Source: the human T2T-CHM13v2.0 reference genome, Homo sapiens. Taken from it: a stretch of 64,000 nucleotides of DNA. This document shows, one piece after another, positions 1 through 14,467 of the stretch. Under the pieces are notes generated by a model, which made no database searches, had not been told where the DNA came from, and saw nothing but the letters and a program-made list of their open reading frames with translations. The DNA is taken from the NCBI RefSeq assembly GCF_009914755.1, contig NC_060936.1; one strand, written 5' to 3'. The translations under genes were made by a program, and so were the position numbers. Position 1 is the first letter of the stretch. Each line of letters begins with the position of its first letter.

Positions 1-379
1 TGGTATGCAAAGTTAGGATCAGAGGAAAGACCTAAGGCTGCGTGCACTCAGAGGACCTTGGGCTGCTGCCTGCCTCTGCATGAATCTGGGGAGAAAAGCG
101 GCTTATAGTTTCCAGACTGAATCATGGAGGCAGTGAGCAGGGAGAACAGAGTCGCGCATTCTGCCTCTGGGAGAGGGTTCCTATGGGGAGATTCTGGGCA
201 GTGGAGGATGCTCAGCTGAGCACCTACCATGTGAGCTGGGCACCCACGTGGGTCTCACAGAAGGTTCCTGTCCTCCTGGGCTCACAGGATACAAGCAAAG
301 TGCAGCTCTAATTTTACCGGACCCTGCTACCGGCTGCTGTGAAAGCAGACGTTCACACACACTCTTGGGCTCCTTCGGG

Positions 380-1290
380 CGGCACCACGGAAGCAACCTG
401 TCCACACTCCTGATCCGTCGTGGGCGCCCAGACCCTTTAGGGCGGGTCAGGCGCCCGGGTGGTCTCCCGTCCAGGCCTCCCCAACCCTGGCCTGCGCCTC
501 CAGCAAAGCCCCTGGGTTCCCCCCTAGCCTCAGTCTGGGGCGGTGAGGGTGGTGGGGAGGCGGGCAGCAGCCCCTCCCGAAGCGCCTGGCCTCCCTCGTG
601 CTCTGCGGCGCCAGGCCCGGGCGCCGATTCCGCTGCGGTCGCCCACCCACCGCAACGCGCGGGTCCTCCCGGCGCCCAGCGCCCAACAGCCCGGGTCCGT
701 GCGCGGACCCCCTGGGGTCTCCCTCACCCACCTTAAGGACCTGCTGCTTGATGAGCGACGGCACCATCACGATCATGACAGCGCCCAGCACAGCGCACAG
801 TAGCCCCGCGACGCCCAGCGCCCCGGCAGCCCAGCGCGCTTTGGCGGAGCAGCCCATGTCTGCGCGCCTGGGGCCCACCCGCGGCTCGCAGGGCTCCGCG
901 CCTGGCAGGAGACGGGGACGGCGACAGAGACGACACAGGCGGGGACTCCGGGCACGCAGGCCGCAGAGGCACGGTGGATCCGGGACGGCAGCGCACGCAG
1001 GAGCAGCCCGGCAGGTGGCCAGTGGTTTTATGCCCCATCGCCGGCGCCGCCGGACCGCCCCCGGGCAGCCTTGGGCTTCAGGATTCCGGCGGCAGGGGCG
1101 GGGCCTGAGCGGGCCCGGGGCGGGGTCGGGGCGGGGACGGGGCGGGGCGCTGATCGGACGGGCAGGGGGCGGGGCCATGGCCGCCAAGACAAGCCCCGCC
1201 ATGCTGCCGCTGCCCCCACGGCCTCGCTTCCGTTTTGGGGCGGGAGCTGAGGAGGCCTCGTGGCCGCTGAGCCAAAACGTCTATGGGGCC
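380..1290 (-). promoter_or_regulatory. SCARB1 CpG-island promoter
   Basis: Very GC/CpG-rich. Clustered GGGGCGGGG GC boxes at ~1094-1175, NR5A (SF-1/LRH-1)-type CCAAGGCT at 1067-1074 (-), TATA-like CATAAAA at 1026-1032 (-), E-box at 1012-1017. Confidence 0.88.
732..857 (-). CDS. SCARB1: Scavenger receptor class B member 1 (SR-BI), coding part of exon 1 (42 codons)
   Basis: Translates to MGCSAKARWAAGALGVAGLLCAVLGAVMIVMVPSLIKQQVLK, the SR-BI N-terminus with its first TM helix. ATG in gacATGg context. Phase-0 donor AAG|GTGGGT with GT at 730-731; intron 1 runs off the left end of the window. Codon 2 is Gly. Confidence 0.97.
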
Positions 1291-2056
1291 TGGTGCCCCT
1301 CACCCTCTTGCTCCCTTCCCCTTTCTCCTACCCCTTCCCCCACCTATGTCTCCCCTCCTCCCAGCTCTCCCCTCTGAGCCCCTCACCCTTCCTTTTCCCT
1401 CCTCCTCCCTCTCCTCCTCTATCGGGACCATCATCATGGTTGGTCACTGTGAGTAGGACTTCGCCAGCCCACCCAGGAACCCCAGAGCCCTTACAACGGT
1501 CCACATGCCCCGCCACCACCTTCTAGACCCTCATCTCCGCAGTCCATCTCCAGCCTCACTGTCCCTGGAAGAAGCCCCGCAGGCTCCAGCCCCAGGGCCT
1601 CCATACACCCTGCACAGGCAATTCTGTTCTCCCAGGTATCCGCCTGGCCCTATCCTTCGTAACGCTGGTGCCACCATCACCCTATGACTGAGCACCCCCT
1701 GGCAGGTTCACGTTCATTTGCGTCCTTGCATTCTGACCATGTGCTCCAACTGGGATGCCAACCCGTGAGGCGGGCCCCCCCCCCCACGCGTCCTGAGCTC
1801 TAGAACGTGGCCTGGCAGGGAATGCCTGCTCACAGTAAATATTCTAGAATGAATGACTGAGGAGCCTTCTAGGTGCTGGCCCCTGTCCTGAGTGCTTTGC
1901 ACACAATGGCTCCATTTTACAATAAGAAAACTGGGAGGTGGCTCACGCCTGTAATCCCAGCACTTTGGGAGGCCGAGGCGGGTGGACTTCATGGATCACC
2001 TGAGGTCGGGAGTTGGAGACCAGCCTGACCAACATGGCGAAACCCCGTCTCTACTA

Positions 2057-2215
<159 letters not shown>

Positions 2216-4499
2216 TCAAAAAAAAAAAAAAAGAAAAGAAAAAGAAAAAGAAAGAAAGAAATGAAAACTGATGCACAGGGAAGCTTAGTTAACCCAAACC
2301 AAGTCCCCACTTTCTAATGAAGAGGGAAACCAATGATGAGCACGTGAGCAAATGAATGAAGGATAATTGCAGGCAAGTGCTCCAAGAAAACAGAACAGGC
2401 CCGGTGCATGGTGGCCCACAACTGTAATCCCAGCACTTTGGAAGGTCCAGGTGAGGGATCACTTGAGGCCACTAGTTGGAGACCAGCCTGGGCAACATAG
2501 TGAGACCAGTCTCTACAGAAAATGAAAAGATTAACCAGCCACAGTGGCATGCGCTTGTCGCCCCAGCTACTCAGGAGGCTGAGGCAGAAGGATCCCTTGA
2601 GTCCCAGAGTTCAAGGCTGCAGTGAGCCCTGATCTTACCACCGCACTCCAGCCTGGGTGACAGCAAGACCCTGGGGGAAAAAGAAAAAAGAAAAAAGGGA
2701 GAGAAGTGGGCTGGCACTAAGTGGCAGTTGCCCTTAGATGGGTGAGTGTATCCCTGAAGCCCTCCACGCCCCCCTGAAGTCCTCCACCACACCCCACCTG
2801 GCCTGCCTTCTGGTCCCTGAAGTGCTGGCCAGTCCCCTCATTTTCTGAATGAAGTTACTGAGAAGAGACTCCTGGGTTACACAGGGACAGGAGGGTGGTG
2901 TCCCCAGCACGTGGGTAAGGCAGGCTCAGTCCTTGAGTGCTCCGAGGGAGGCTTTCTAAACCTCTTATTTAACTCCAGAAGAAAGCAGCCTTCTCGCAGG
3001 GCCATCCTTAAGCAACATGTCTTCGCCTGAACCAATATTTACAGAGCACCTGCTATGTTCTCGTTAGACAGCTTTGCCTGGCACTGCCTTCCTCTAAGGA
3101 GGCCGAATATGGTCCAGTGCCCCAAGGGGCAGGGCCCAACTCCTGAGGGAGGTCAGAGTGGCTGAGGTGAGACTGTGGTAGCCCCGGGGGACAGGTTCAG
3201 AGAAATCCAGGCTCTGGGGTTTCCCACATTGGAGTCCTGGGGCAAGTGGTTTGGGCCTTTCTGTGCCTCAGTCTCCTCATCTACGAAACGGGGATTAGAA
3301 GAGCCCCTTTCCAAGGGCTACCATGAGGATTAAACAAGTCAAAAAATGTGCCAGTGCTTAGAACAGTCCCTGGAATGTGTCAGTGCAACTGAGCTGGGGA
3401 GTGTCGTCGTTATTTTCCGGACCCACATGAACTGGCGCCTGCCCATCTCTCTGCCTCCATCTCCTGCCCTCTCCCCCATTGTTTCAGTTCATTGAGCATC
3501 CCCAGCTTTTTCTTGTGTCAGGAACTTTGCACTTCCTGTTCCTCTGTCTAGGATACGCTTCCCCTAGATCCTTCCATGGCTCCCCACTCTCCTCTTCTGG
3601 GCTCAGCTGAAACCCACTCCTCAGAGAAGCCTTTGCTGTTGCATCTGTCGAAAACAGGAGTCCCAGCCCACTCTGTCAGGCCACCTTGCTTTGTGTGAAA
3701 TGGTCTTATCTGTTTCCTTGTTCATCTCCTCCAGCTCCCGAGAGACAGAAGCTGACCCTGTTTTGCTTATCGATGTATCTCCAGCACCTGGAAAAATGCC
3801 TGGCACATAGCAGGTACTCAATAAATACTTTACTCAATCAGCTAATTAACTCATTAATTAATCAAGTAACTGATCGATTGATTAATTAATTAATATCACT
3901 TCATTGAATTCCTTAAGGCCTTCAACAGCCTTCAGCTATGCAGTTGCCTTTTTTTTTAATGACTTTTGTAGTTCTCGGAAATTAGCCAGTTAACTAAAAT
4001 CTGCGGTCTGCCTGGCCCTGACACCCTCCTCCACTTCCTTGATACTGACCTGCCTTGACCATCTCACCCAATCTAACTCTGATTCATGACCAAGTCTTCA
4101 AGGTCCAAATGTACGTGATGCTTACCCAAGAGGGCTGCAAGGCCATGGCTGGAGAGCCCTCATGTCACGCCATGCTGTCACTCGAGAGAGAAGGGCAGAG
4201 ATGAAAGGGTGATGGGACACGTGAGCCACCTTGGCCTTGCTGAGGGGAGTCACTTCCGGTGGCAGGGAGGGCAGCTTAAGAAGGGAAAAAAAGACTTCGT
4301 CATGTTTGAGAGAGAGGTCTTGCCCTGGGGAAAGTCGAAGATACAGAAGAAAAGAAAGAGTGCTGATAACAAAATATGATCAACATGGTGTCACAGGGCT
4401 CCTGGAAAATCAAGTCAGATGCTTTTCCTCCTCTGCTCAGAGTCCTTTCGTGATCAAAGACGGAGAATGACTGCAGGCAAAGACCTGGAGGAGTTGGAA

Positions 4500-5060
4500 G
4501 CCTCTTGAGGTGCTTGTGGGATTGTAAAATGGTGCAGCCTCAAAAGGTAAACATAGGGGTCCCCTAAGACCCAGCAGTTCCACTCCTGGGTATATGCCCA
4601 GGAGAAAGGAAAGAGCATGTCCACACGGAAGCCTGGACACAAATGTTCACAGCAGCCAAGCAGTGAAAATAACCCACACCCCCATCAGCTGGTGAATAGG
4701 TAAATAAAATGTGGCATAACCACGCACTGGAATATGACTCAGCATAAAAAGGAATGAAGGGCTGACGCGTGCTACACCATGGATGAACCTTGAAAACATT
4801 GATAAGTGAAAGAAGCCAGACACAAAGGCCACATGTATGATTCTGCTTATATAAAATGTCCATAGTAGGCACATCTATGGGGACAAAAAGTAGACCAGTG
4901 GTTGCCAGGGGCTGGGGAGAATGAGGAGTGACTGCTACAGGTTTGGGGTTTCATCTTGGAGTGGTGAAAATGTTCTAAAAGTGACGGTAAAAGTGATGGT
5001 AATGATGGTTGCACAACTCCGTGAATATACAAAAAACCATCAAATTACACACTTTATTTA
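4500..5060 (+). mobile_element. Old L1M-type LINE-1 3' fragment
   Basis: L1 3'-region motifs: gacccagcagttccactcctgggtatatgccca, catggatgaaccttgaaaacatt, gtggttgccaggggctgggga. Similar pieces at ~11670-12200 and ~34270-35645. Confidence 0.75.
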
Positions 5061-5395
5061 CTTTTTCTTTTTTTCAAGAGACAGGGTCTCACTCTGTCAC
5101 CCAGGCTGGAGTGCAGTCTTGAAGTCTTGGGTTCAAACCATCCTCCCGCCTCGGCCTCCTGACTAGCTTGGACAACAAGTATATGCCACTATGTACACCT
5201 GATGTTTTCATTTTTGTTGAGACAGGGTCTCACTTTGTTGCCCAGGCTGCTCTCAAAATTCTGGTCATCCTCCCACCCTGGCCTCCCAAAGCGCTGGGAT
5301 TACAAGTGTGAGCCATCATGCCTGGCCAAATTATATACTTTAAATGGGTGAATGTATGATATGCAAATTATATCTCAATGAAAACTGTTATTTTA

Positions 5396-5560
<165 letters not shown>

Positions 5561-6772
5561 CTAGTTTCAGCTACTGAGGAGGCTGAGGTGGGAGAATCAC
5601 GTGAGCCCAGGAAGTCGAGGCTGCAGTGAGTGAGCTATGATTGTGTCACTGCACTCCAGCCTGGGCAACACAGTGAGACCCTGTCCCTCAAGAAAACAAA
5701 AAGAAAGAAACCTTTCCGTGGCTCCCACCTCATTCAGCATAAAAGCCAAAGCCCTCACCATGGCCCACAAGATCACCACATCTCATACTAGAGAGACAAA
5801 GTCAAAACGCACCCAGATGGGCACATCTCCCTGACCTCATCCCCCTCCCTCTCCTTGCCCACTCTGCTCCAGCCACATCCTCCTCCCTGGAGCTCCTCCA
5901 CCTGTTGCCCGGCTCGTGCCCCAGAACCTTTGCACTCCCTGGTCCCCTCCTGGAATGCTCCTCTCCCTAACACCCAGGAGACTCACCCTCCCTTCCTTCA
6001 GGTCCTTGCTCCAATGCCATCTTCTCAGCAATGACTTCCTTCCTGCCCACCCTTTGAAAGTTACAAACCACCCATAGGACCCTCCCTATCCCCCTTGGCT
6101 GCTTCATTTCTCTCTGTGCACCAACCGCCCTCCAGGGCGGGTGTTTGCTTGTTTGATTGGCTTCCTTCCTCTTCTAGGATAAAAAAAGCTCCACGGGGCA
6201 GGAATCTGCCTGTTTCGTCCATTGCAGTGCCCCCGGCTCCCCAACAGCACGTGGCCCACAGTAGGCCCTTGGTCGGTGTGTGTGGATGAACCACATCTAC
6301 CAGAGTCCAAGGTAAAAGCTTGCCTCTGCCGCCGGAACACGCAGCTGCCTGGCATGGCGGCCTGGGGCAAGTTGCTCAGCCTCTCTGTGCCTCGGCTCCC
6401 TTATCGGTGCCTTGGGATTGGTCTGAGTCATGCCTGCACCCTGGGGTGGTCATGAGGATTACATGGGCTCATCTTGGTCATATGCTTAGCAAGGTGCCTG
6501 TGTGAGGCGGAGCCAACACCTCCTGCAGGCAGCCGCATTCCCACCCCAGCCTGGGAAGAATCACGCTCATCCCCAGCGGCAATAGAACACAGTGAATGGA
6601 AGCTGAAGGGCTTCCTTAAAGGAGGCACAGCTGGCTCCTGGCGAGCAGAGAGCAGAGATGTGAACCAGTGACTTGCCACACACATGACCACTACGCTGTT
6701 TGCTGAGGGAAAGGAAAAAGAGGAAGAAAGTGAAGGAAAGCAAAGAGACGGGTGCGAGAAAGGACAAAATAA

Positions 6773-7432
<660 letters not shown>

Positions 7433-7949
7433 TGAGGGAGGAAAGAGAGCTCACGTGTGCCTGCTGGACTCATTCAGTTCACATTGAGCTCCTACTCTGT
7501 GCTGGGCACTATGTTGGGCGTTTGGGGACCCAGCAGGGACCATAAGCAAGCCCCTAGCCTTGCGGGTCCGGTATGTTAATAGACAAGCAATAACAATTAG
7601 TGATAAACATCATCATTGGTGGATTTTATAAAATGTTAGAGCTATGGGCACGGTGGCTCATACCTGTAATCCCAGCACTTTGGCCGAGGCAGGCACTTTG
7701 TTTGAGCTCAGGAGTTTGAGACCAGCCTGGCCAACATAGCAAAACCCTGTTGCTACAATAAATTAAAAAAAAAAAATTAGCTGGGCATGGTGGCACGCAC
7801 CTGTGGTCCCAGACACTCAGGAGGCTGAGGTGGGAGGATCACTTAAGCTCAGGAGGCAGAGGTTGCAGTGATCCAAGATGGCATCACTGCACTCCAGCCT
7901 GGACGACAGAGCAAGACCCCATCTCAAAAAACAAAACAAAAAGATATTA

Positions 7950-8450
7950 GAGCTGTGCTATCCAATACAGTAGCCACTGGCCCTATGTGGCTATGGGACA
8001 CTTGACCCGGGGCTAGTCTGAATGAGATATGCCATGTCATATACATCCCAGACTTCAAAGGCTTCATATGAAAAGAGCGTAAAACATCTCAATATTCTTA
8101 TATTGATTACACATTGAAATGACACTATTTGAATATCACCGATAAGGGAGCCGGGGCACAGAGAGGCTGAGCAACTTGCCCCAGGCCACCATGCCAGGCA
8201 GCTGCGTGGCCCGGCGGCAGAGGCAGGCTTTTACCTTGGACTCTGGTAGACGTGGTTCATCCACACACACTGACCAAGGGTTGAATAATATTACAAGTTA
8301 AATTAATTTCACCTGTTTCTTTTTACTTTTTAAAATATGACCCCTAAAATTCTTTTACCTTTTTTTCTTTTTTCAGAACAGGTTCCTCTGTCATAAAATT
8401 TTTAAAATTGTGTGTGTGGTTTGTGCATGCTGCATTTCCATGGGACAGGC
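7950..8450. mobile_element. MER33/MER3-like hAT-Charlie DNA transposon relic, interrupted by a 144-bp insertion
   Basis: tccaatacagtagccact... and ttgattacacattgaaatga...gggttgaataa...aaattaatttcacctgtttctttttactttt resemble the MER33 consensus. Confidence 0.65.
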
Positions 8451-8848
8451 AGTTAGAGGACGATGCGTGCTTTAGGGGAAAAACAGAACAGTGTAAATGC
8501 TACTGGGGGAGAGGGGTTGCCATTTAAATGGGGTGTTTGAAGACAGCCTCAGTGAGAAGGTGACATTTGGGCAAAGACCTGCAGGAAGTGCAGGAATGTG
8601 TTGAGATCCAGGGAAGAACATTCCAGGCAGAGGGAATAGCCAGGGCAACGACTCTGAGGCAGGAGGTGCCTGCATAGATTTTAATCAGAATGCGAATCTC
8701 TCATGTTGCTACAAGTGACTTTTTAGGAGCTGTTTCTCTTCAGTAGGTCAAAATGCCCCCTGCAATATTGTGAATATCAGAGAAGGTCTCCAGAGCCCCT
8801 AAACAGCCCCTCCAGAAACTTAGCCTCTGCCCCTGGACTTTAGCCCCG

Positions 8849-9206
8849 GTGCTAGAGTCTGAATGTGTCCCCTGAAATTTGTACGTTGAAACCTAATTAC
8901 TATGTGATGGTATTAGGAGGTAGGGCTTTTGGGAAGTGACGAGGTCATGGGGGCAGAGGCCTCATCGATGGGATTAGGGCCCTGACACACGAGGCTCTAG
9001 AGAGCTGCATCTCCCCTTCCACCAGGCAAGGACACAGAGAGAAGCTGCCATCTGTGAACCAGGACGCAGGGCCTCACCACCATCAAATCTGCTGGCGCCT
9101 TGATCTTGGACTTCCCACCCTCCAGAAATGTGAGAAATAGATGTCCGCCGTCTGTAAGCTCTCCCCGTCTATGGTACTCTGTTTTAGAAGCCTGAGCAGA
9201 CTGAGA
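8849..9206 (+). mobile_element. MaLR solo LTR (MLT1A/MST-like)
   Basis: tgaatgtgtcccctgaaatt...gtgatggtattaggagg...gccttgatcttggacttccca...tccagaaatgtgagaaata. Confidence 0.75.
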
Positions 9207-9883
9207 TGCCCTGTAAATCCTGTCTTCCTTCAGAATCACGCCTTTCTGAGTCCCCGATCACTGACTTCCCTCCAGGAGTCTTTCCTCTCTGACTCAGGGC
9301 TGGCGATCAATCCTTGCCTTTGTCCCTGGCCTTTGGGGACTCTGATATGTCCTCTCTGGCAAGGGCTAACCCTCCAACACAGACGTGCTTTCCAGGACAA
9401 AGGTGCAAGTGTGTGGGGAGGACCCAGCTGGCAGCCGCGAGCTAATACGTTGCTCCGTGGGCCAGGTCACTGGAGGACAGAAGTTTCTATCAGCTGCCAC
9501 TCTCAACAGCAGCTGGAGAAAGGAGGATGATTCCTATCCCAGGAACCAGAAGATTCCTCTGAGACCACCTGGTCCTGTCCTACCTACCAGAGAAGGGATG
9601 GACATACTCATTCATTCATTTATGTGGCAAATACTTGCTGAGCACTCGCTATGTATCAGGCCCACTGTGTGCTAGGGCCTGGGGGTAGATGGGGAAGAAA
9701 GCAGGCAGGTCCTCTGTGCCCTGGCCTTACTTTTTTTTGAGACAGGGTATGGTTCTGTCACCCAAGCTGGAGTTCAAAGCTCACTGCAGCCTCCACCCCC
9801 TGGGCTCAAGCGATCCCCCCGCCTCAGCCTCCTACAGACATGTGCCACCACACCAGCTAATTTTTTGTTTTGTTTTGTTTTGA

Positions 9884-10048
<165 letters not shown>

Positions 10049-10204
10049 TAGTAGAAATGGGGTTTCACCATGTTGGCCAGGCTGATCTTGAACTCTTACC
10101 TCAAATGATCCACCCACCTTGGCCTCCCAAAGTGCTAGGATTACAGGTGTGAGCCCCTGCACCCAGCCAAGCTAATTTTTTTTAATTTTTATTTTTTTTA
10201 ATAG

Positions 10205-10390
<186 letters not shown>

Positions 10391-11126
10391 TAAATATATG
10401 TATAAGCAAATAAATAGATAAGGATTATAGATGGTGCTACGTGCTAATGAGAGAAATAAAAAGGTAATGCCACAGGGAGATGGGGGCTGGCCGGGGGAGA
10501 CTGGAACCTGGGGAGGACCTTTCTGGCAAACAAACCAGCAAGTGCAAAGGCCCTGTGTCAGGGAGGTGCTCAGTGTGCCCAAGGAACAGACAATCAGGGA
10601 CCCCTGCACCTTAGACGGTGCAGTCACCCCGGTTTATACCTCTTGCCCCAATAGTATCATTAATAGCACCTCCAAGTCACTGCATGTGGGGTGGTCTGTG
10701 ATACCCCAACTGCACTGCACTGAAACACACAGGCTGGCTGCAGCTCTTGAGCAGAGGTCACGGTCCCTGGAAGGCAGACCTCTCTCGACTCCTCTCTCCT
10801 CCCGGGTTCCAGGTGACACTCCCTGCCCTCCTCCCCTCAGCCCCAGGGTGGGGAGCAGCTTCACTCTCCCTTTCGTTTTCCCTGCTCCTTTGTATATATC
10901 TTCAAAGTCCCCAATTTTGAGTGTTCTCTCCACTTCCTGCTCAGACTACTACAGGAACTGATTCTGTGGTGGGAAAGGAATTAGAGGAGAGAAAGAGAGG
11001 CTCAGAGGCAGTGTCCAACAGCTGCGGTAGAAGCCTGGAGGTAACGGCCAGCGCAGTGGCTCACGCCTGTAATCCCAGCACTTTGGGAGGCTGAGGCGGG
11101 AGGATGGCTTGAGGCCAGCAAGTTCA

Positions 11127-11361
<235 letters not shown>

Positions 11362-11541
11362 TTAGGAAGAAAAAAAAAAAGAAGAAGAAGGCTACTAGTT
11401 TTAACTGACTAATAGTTTAAAACAGCAAGTCTGGAGCCAGACAGTCCAGGTTCAAAACCCTGCTCTCCTATGGACACGTTACTTAACTCTCTGGGCCTCG
11501 ATTGCCCCATCTGTAAAATGGGGCTAATAAGACCCACCTCA

Positions 11542-11643
<102 letters not shown>

Positions 11644-12733
11644 TCAAAAAACAAAAAACAACAAAAAGAAATTAACATAGAATTACCATGTGATGCATCA
11701 ATCTCATTTCTGGGTATCAAAGAAATGAAACTGGGAACTTGAAGAGGAATCTGGCCACCGCGTTCATTGCAGCGCTGTTCACGATGGCCCAACGGTGGGA
11801 GCAACCCGAGTGTCCGCTGATGGGTGGTGGGTAAGAAGCTGGGGCCCATCCACACGGTGGAATAGGATTCAGCCTGGAAAAGGAAGGACTTTCTGACGCA
11901 CGCTGCGACATGCACGGGCCTTGAGGAAGTTATGCGAGTGAAATAAGCCACAACAGGACAAATACCGTACGATTCCATTTGCATGAGCTCCCTAGAGTAG
12001 CCAGATCCACAGAGACAGAAAAGAGAATGGTGGATGCCAGGGGCTGGGGGAGAGGGAAAGGGGAATTATTGATCAATGCATATGCAGTTTCTATTTTGCA
12101 AGATGAGAAAGTGCCAGGAGGGATGGTGGTGATGGTTACACAACAATGTGGATGTCCTTAATGCCACTGAAATGTACACTTAGAAATGGTTAAGATGGTA
12201 AAAACAAACAAACTACACAAAAAAAGGCTGAGCCAGAGAGAGGGTAGGAGCCTCCCACAAAGTGCAAGTTTGGGGTCAAGAAATCTGTTAGGAGACTTGA
12301 GGGGACCTGAGCAATGAGGAGCAGCTGTGATCTGTCTTTGATCGAGAACCAGGGAGGCAGAGATAAGATGTGAGTGGGGCGGGCTCAGGGAGGACAGCAG
12401 GTCCACCGGGCCCTCTGGAGTGTTCTCTGCGCCTCCAGACAGGGAAATGAGGGGACTCGGGGCCCCCAAACTGTCCCCAAGCCCACTCCTGGGGACTTTC
12501 TAACTTTTCCACCCTGTCCTGAGCCACAGAGAAAAGTGCTGGCGAGTGTGACAGGAGTCCGTGTCAGCTTCCCTGAGCAACACAGACTCAGACCCAGGGT
12601 CTGTCCCAGAAAGGAGTCCCCACCACACGGGGAGGAGGGATCGGAGCCGCCCAAGAGGATTTTTGTTATATTCACACTCTGGGCGACACAGACTGGATTT
12701 CTAGGCAAGTTGCTCACCTTCTCAAGGCCCTGG

Positions 12734-12843
12734 CTGCCCCTCTGAGCCCCAGGTATTCCCTCTGAGCTCCAGCTGCCCTTCTCAGCCCACAGTATCCCCT
12801 CTGAGTCTTGGGTGCCCCTCTGAGCCCTGGGCCCCCTCTGCAC
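12734..12843. repeat. Degenerate minisatellite, ~19-20-bp unit (core CCCTCTGAG) x6, with 39-bp dimer period
   Basis: Core recurs at ~12738, 12758, 12777, 12797, 12816 and 12834. Confidence 0.75.
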
Positions 12844-13003
12844 AGTGGGAATGAGAGGTGTACCAAGGTTGGAACAGTGGATACAGCCCCCAGCCTATTC
12901 AAACTCGGGTTGCTATTTCTTATCACTGTGCACCGGTAACTCTAAAAAATGTCAGCGATAAAACATTCCTCCTGAAACAATCTTTTATTGGTCTAAGTCT
13001 GAA

Positions 13004-13261
13004 CTGGGAGTTGGCAAACTACAGCCCGAAGGCCAAACCTGACCCCCAGCCTGTTTTTGTAAATAAAGTTTTATTGACCTGACCCCCAGCCTGTTTTTGT
13101 AAATAAAGTTTTACTGGAACCCAGACACACCTATTCATATAGTTTATGGCTGTGTCCAGGCTACAGTGGCAGAGTTGAGGAATTTTAACAGAGGCCCTGT
13201 AGTGCAAAAAGTTAAAATAGTTATTATCTGTTGCTTTACAGAAAGAGTTTGTCAATCCTTG
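13004..13261. mobile_element. MER58A-like hAT MITE with an internal 40-bp tandem duplication
   Basis: Imperfect terminal inverted repeats gggagttggcaaact / agtttgtcaatcctt and the internal motif gtttttgtaaataaagttttattg. Confidence 0.7.
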
Positions 13262-13394
13262 GACTAAACAATTGCTGTGGTTGAGTTTTAATAATACATA
13301 TGTGAGTTTCAGATTAGTACAATCATATTACTTTCCTTTTAATAAATATTATATTCCTCATGGAGTTTAGTTCAGAGAACTCCACATGCCCCTG

Positions 13395-13658
13395 CACACA
13401 CACAGACACACACATTGACACACACAGACACACAAACACATGCAGAGACACACACAAACACAGACACATTGACACACACAGACACACACATTAACACACT
13501 CAGACACAAACACATGCAGAGACACATACAACACACAGACACACAAACACACACACAGACACACACATTGACACACACACACGGAGACACACACATTGGC
13601 ACACACAGACACACAAACACATGCAGAGACGCACACAACACACACAGCCACACACACA
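13395..13658. repeat. Compound (CA)n-rich simple repeat
   Basis: CA runs interrupted by recurring GA, TTGA and TGCAGA units. Confidence 0.95.
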
Positions 13659-14188
13659 ATATTTTACTGAATTTGAATAAATATCTCTTTTTTTCTTTAT
13701 TTCTACACAACAGGGATATAAAAATAAATATCAGGCTGGTCAGGGTGGCTCACGCCTGTAATCTCAGCACTTTGGGAGGCTGAAGCAGGAGGATAACTTG
13801 AGCTCAGGAGTTCAAGACCAACCCTGGCAACACAGTGAGACCCTATCTCGAAAATAATTTTTTCTAATTTAAAAGAAAGGAGACGTTGGGGGTGGTTCAC
13901 AGGTACAAAAAAAATCATTTGAAAGAATGACTAAGACCTACTGTTTGCACAATGGGGTGACTAGAGTCAATAATAACTTAATTGTACATAGTAAAATAAC
14001 TAAAAAAGTAGAATTGGAGGCTGGGTGCGGTGGCTCACGCCTGTAATCCCAGCACTTTGGGAGGCCGAGGCGGGCAGATCACAAGGTCAGGAGTTCGAGA
14101 CCAGCCTGGCCAACATGGTGAAATCCCGTCTCTACTAAAAATACAAAAATTAGCTAGGCATGGTGGTGGGCGCCTGTTTTCCCAGCTA

Positions 14189-14467
<279 letters not shown>

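Noticed and set aside
598-1377. 259-aa + strand ORF antisense to SCARB1 exon 1
   Set aside because: Non-ATG start, low-complexity composition, and expected by chance in a CpG island poor in stop codons.
12734-12843. Repeat-spacer pattern superficially like a CRISPR array
   Set aside because: Eukaryotic DNA, only a 9-bp core, spacers related to each other, and no cas genes.
13367-13783. Cys/Val- and Thr/His-rich ORFs
   Set aside because: Translations of the (CA)n tract.
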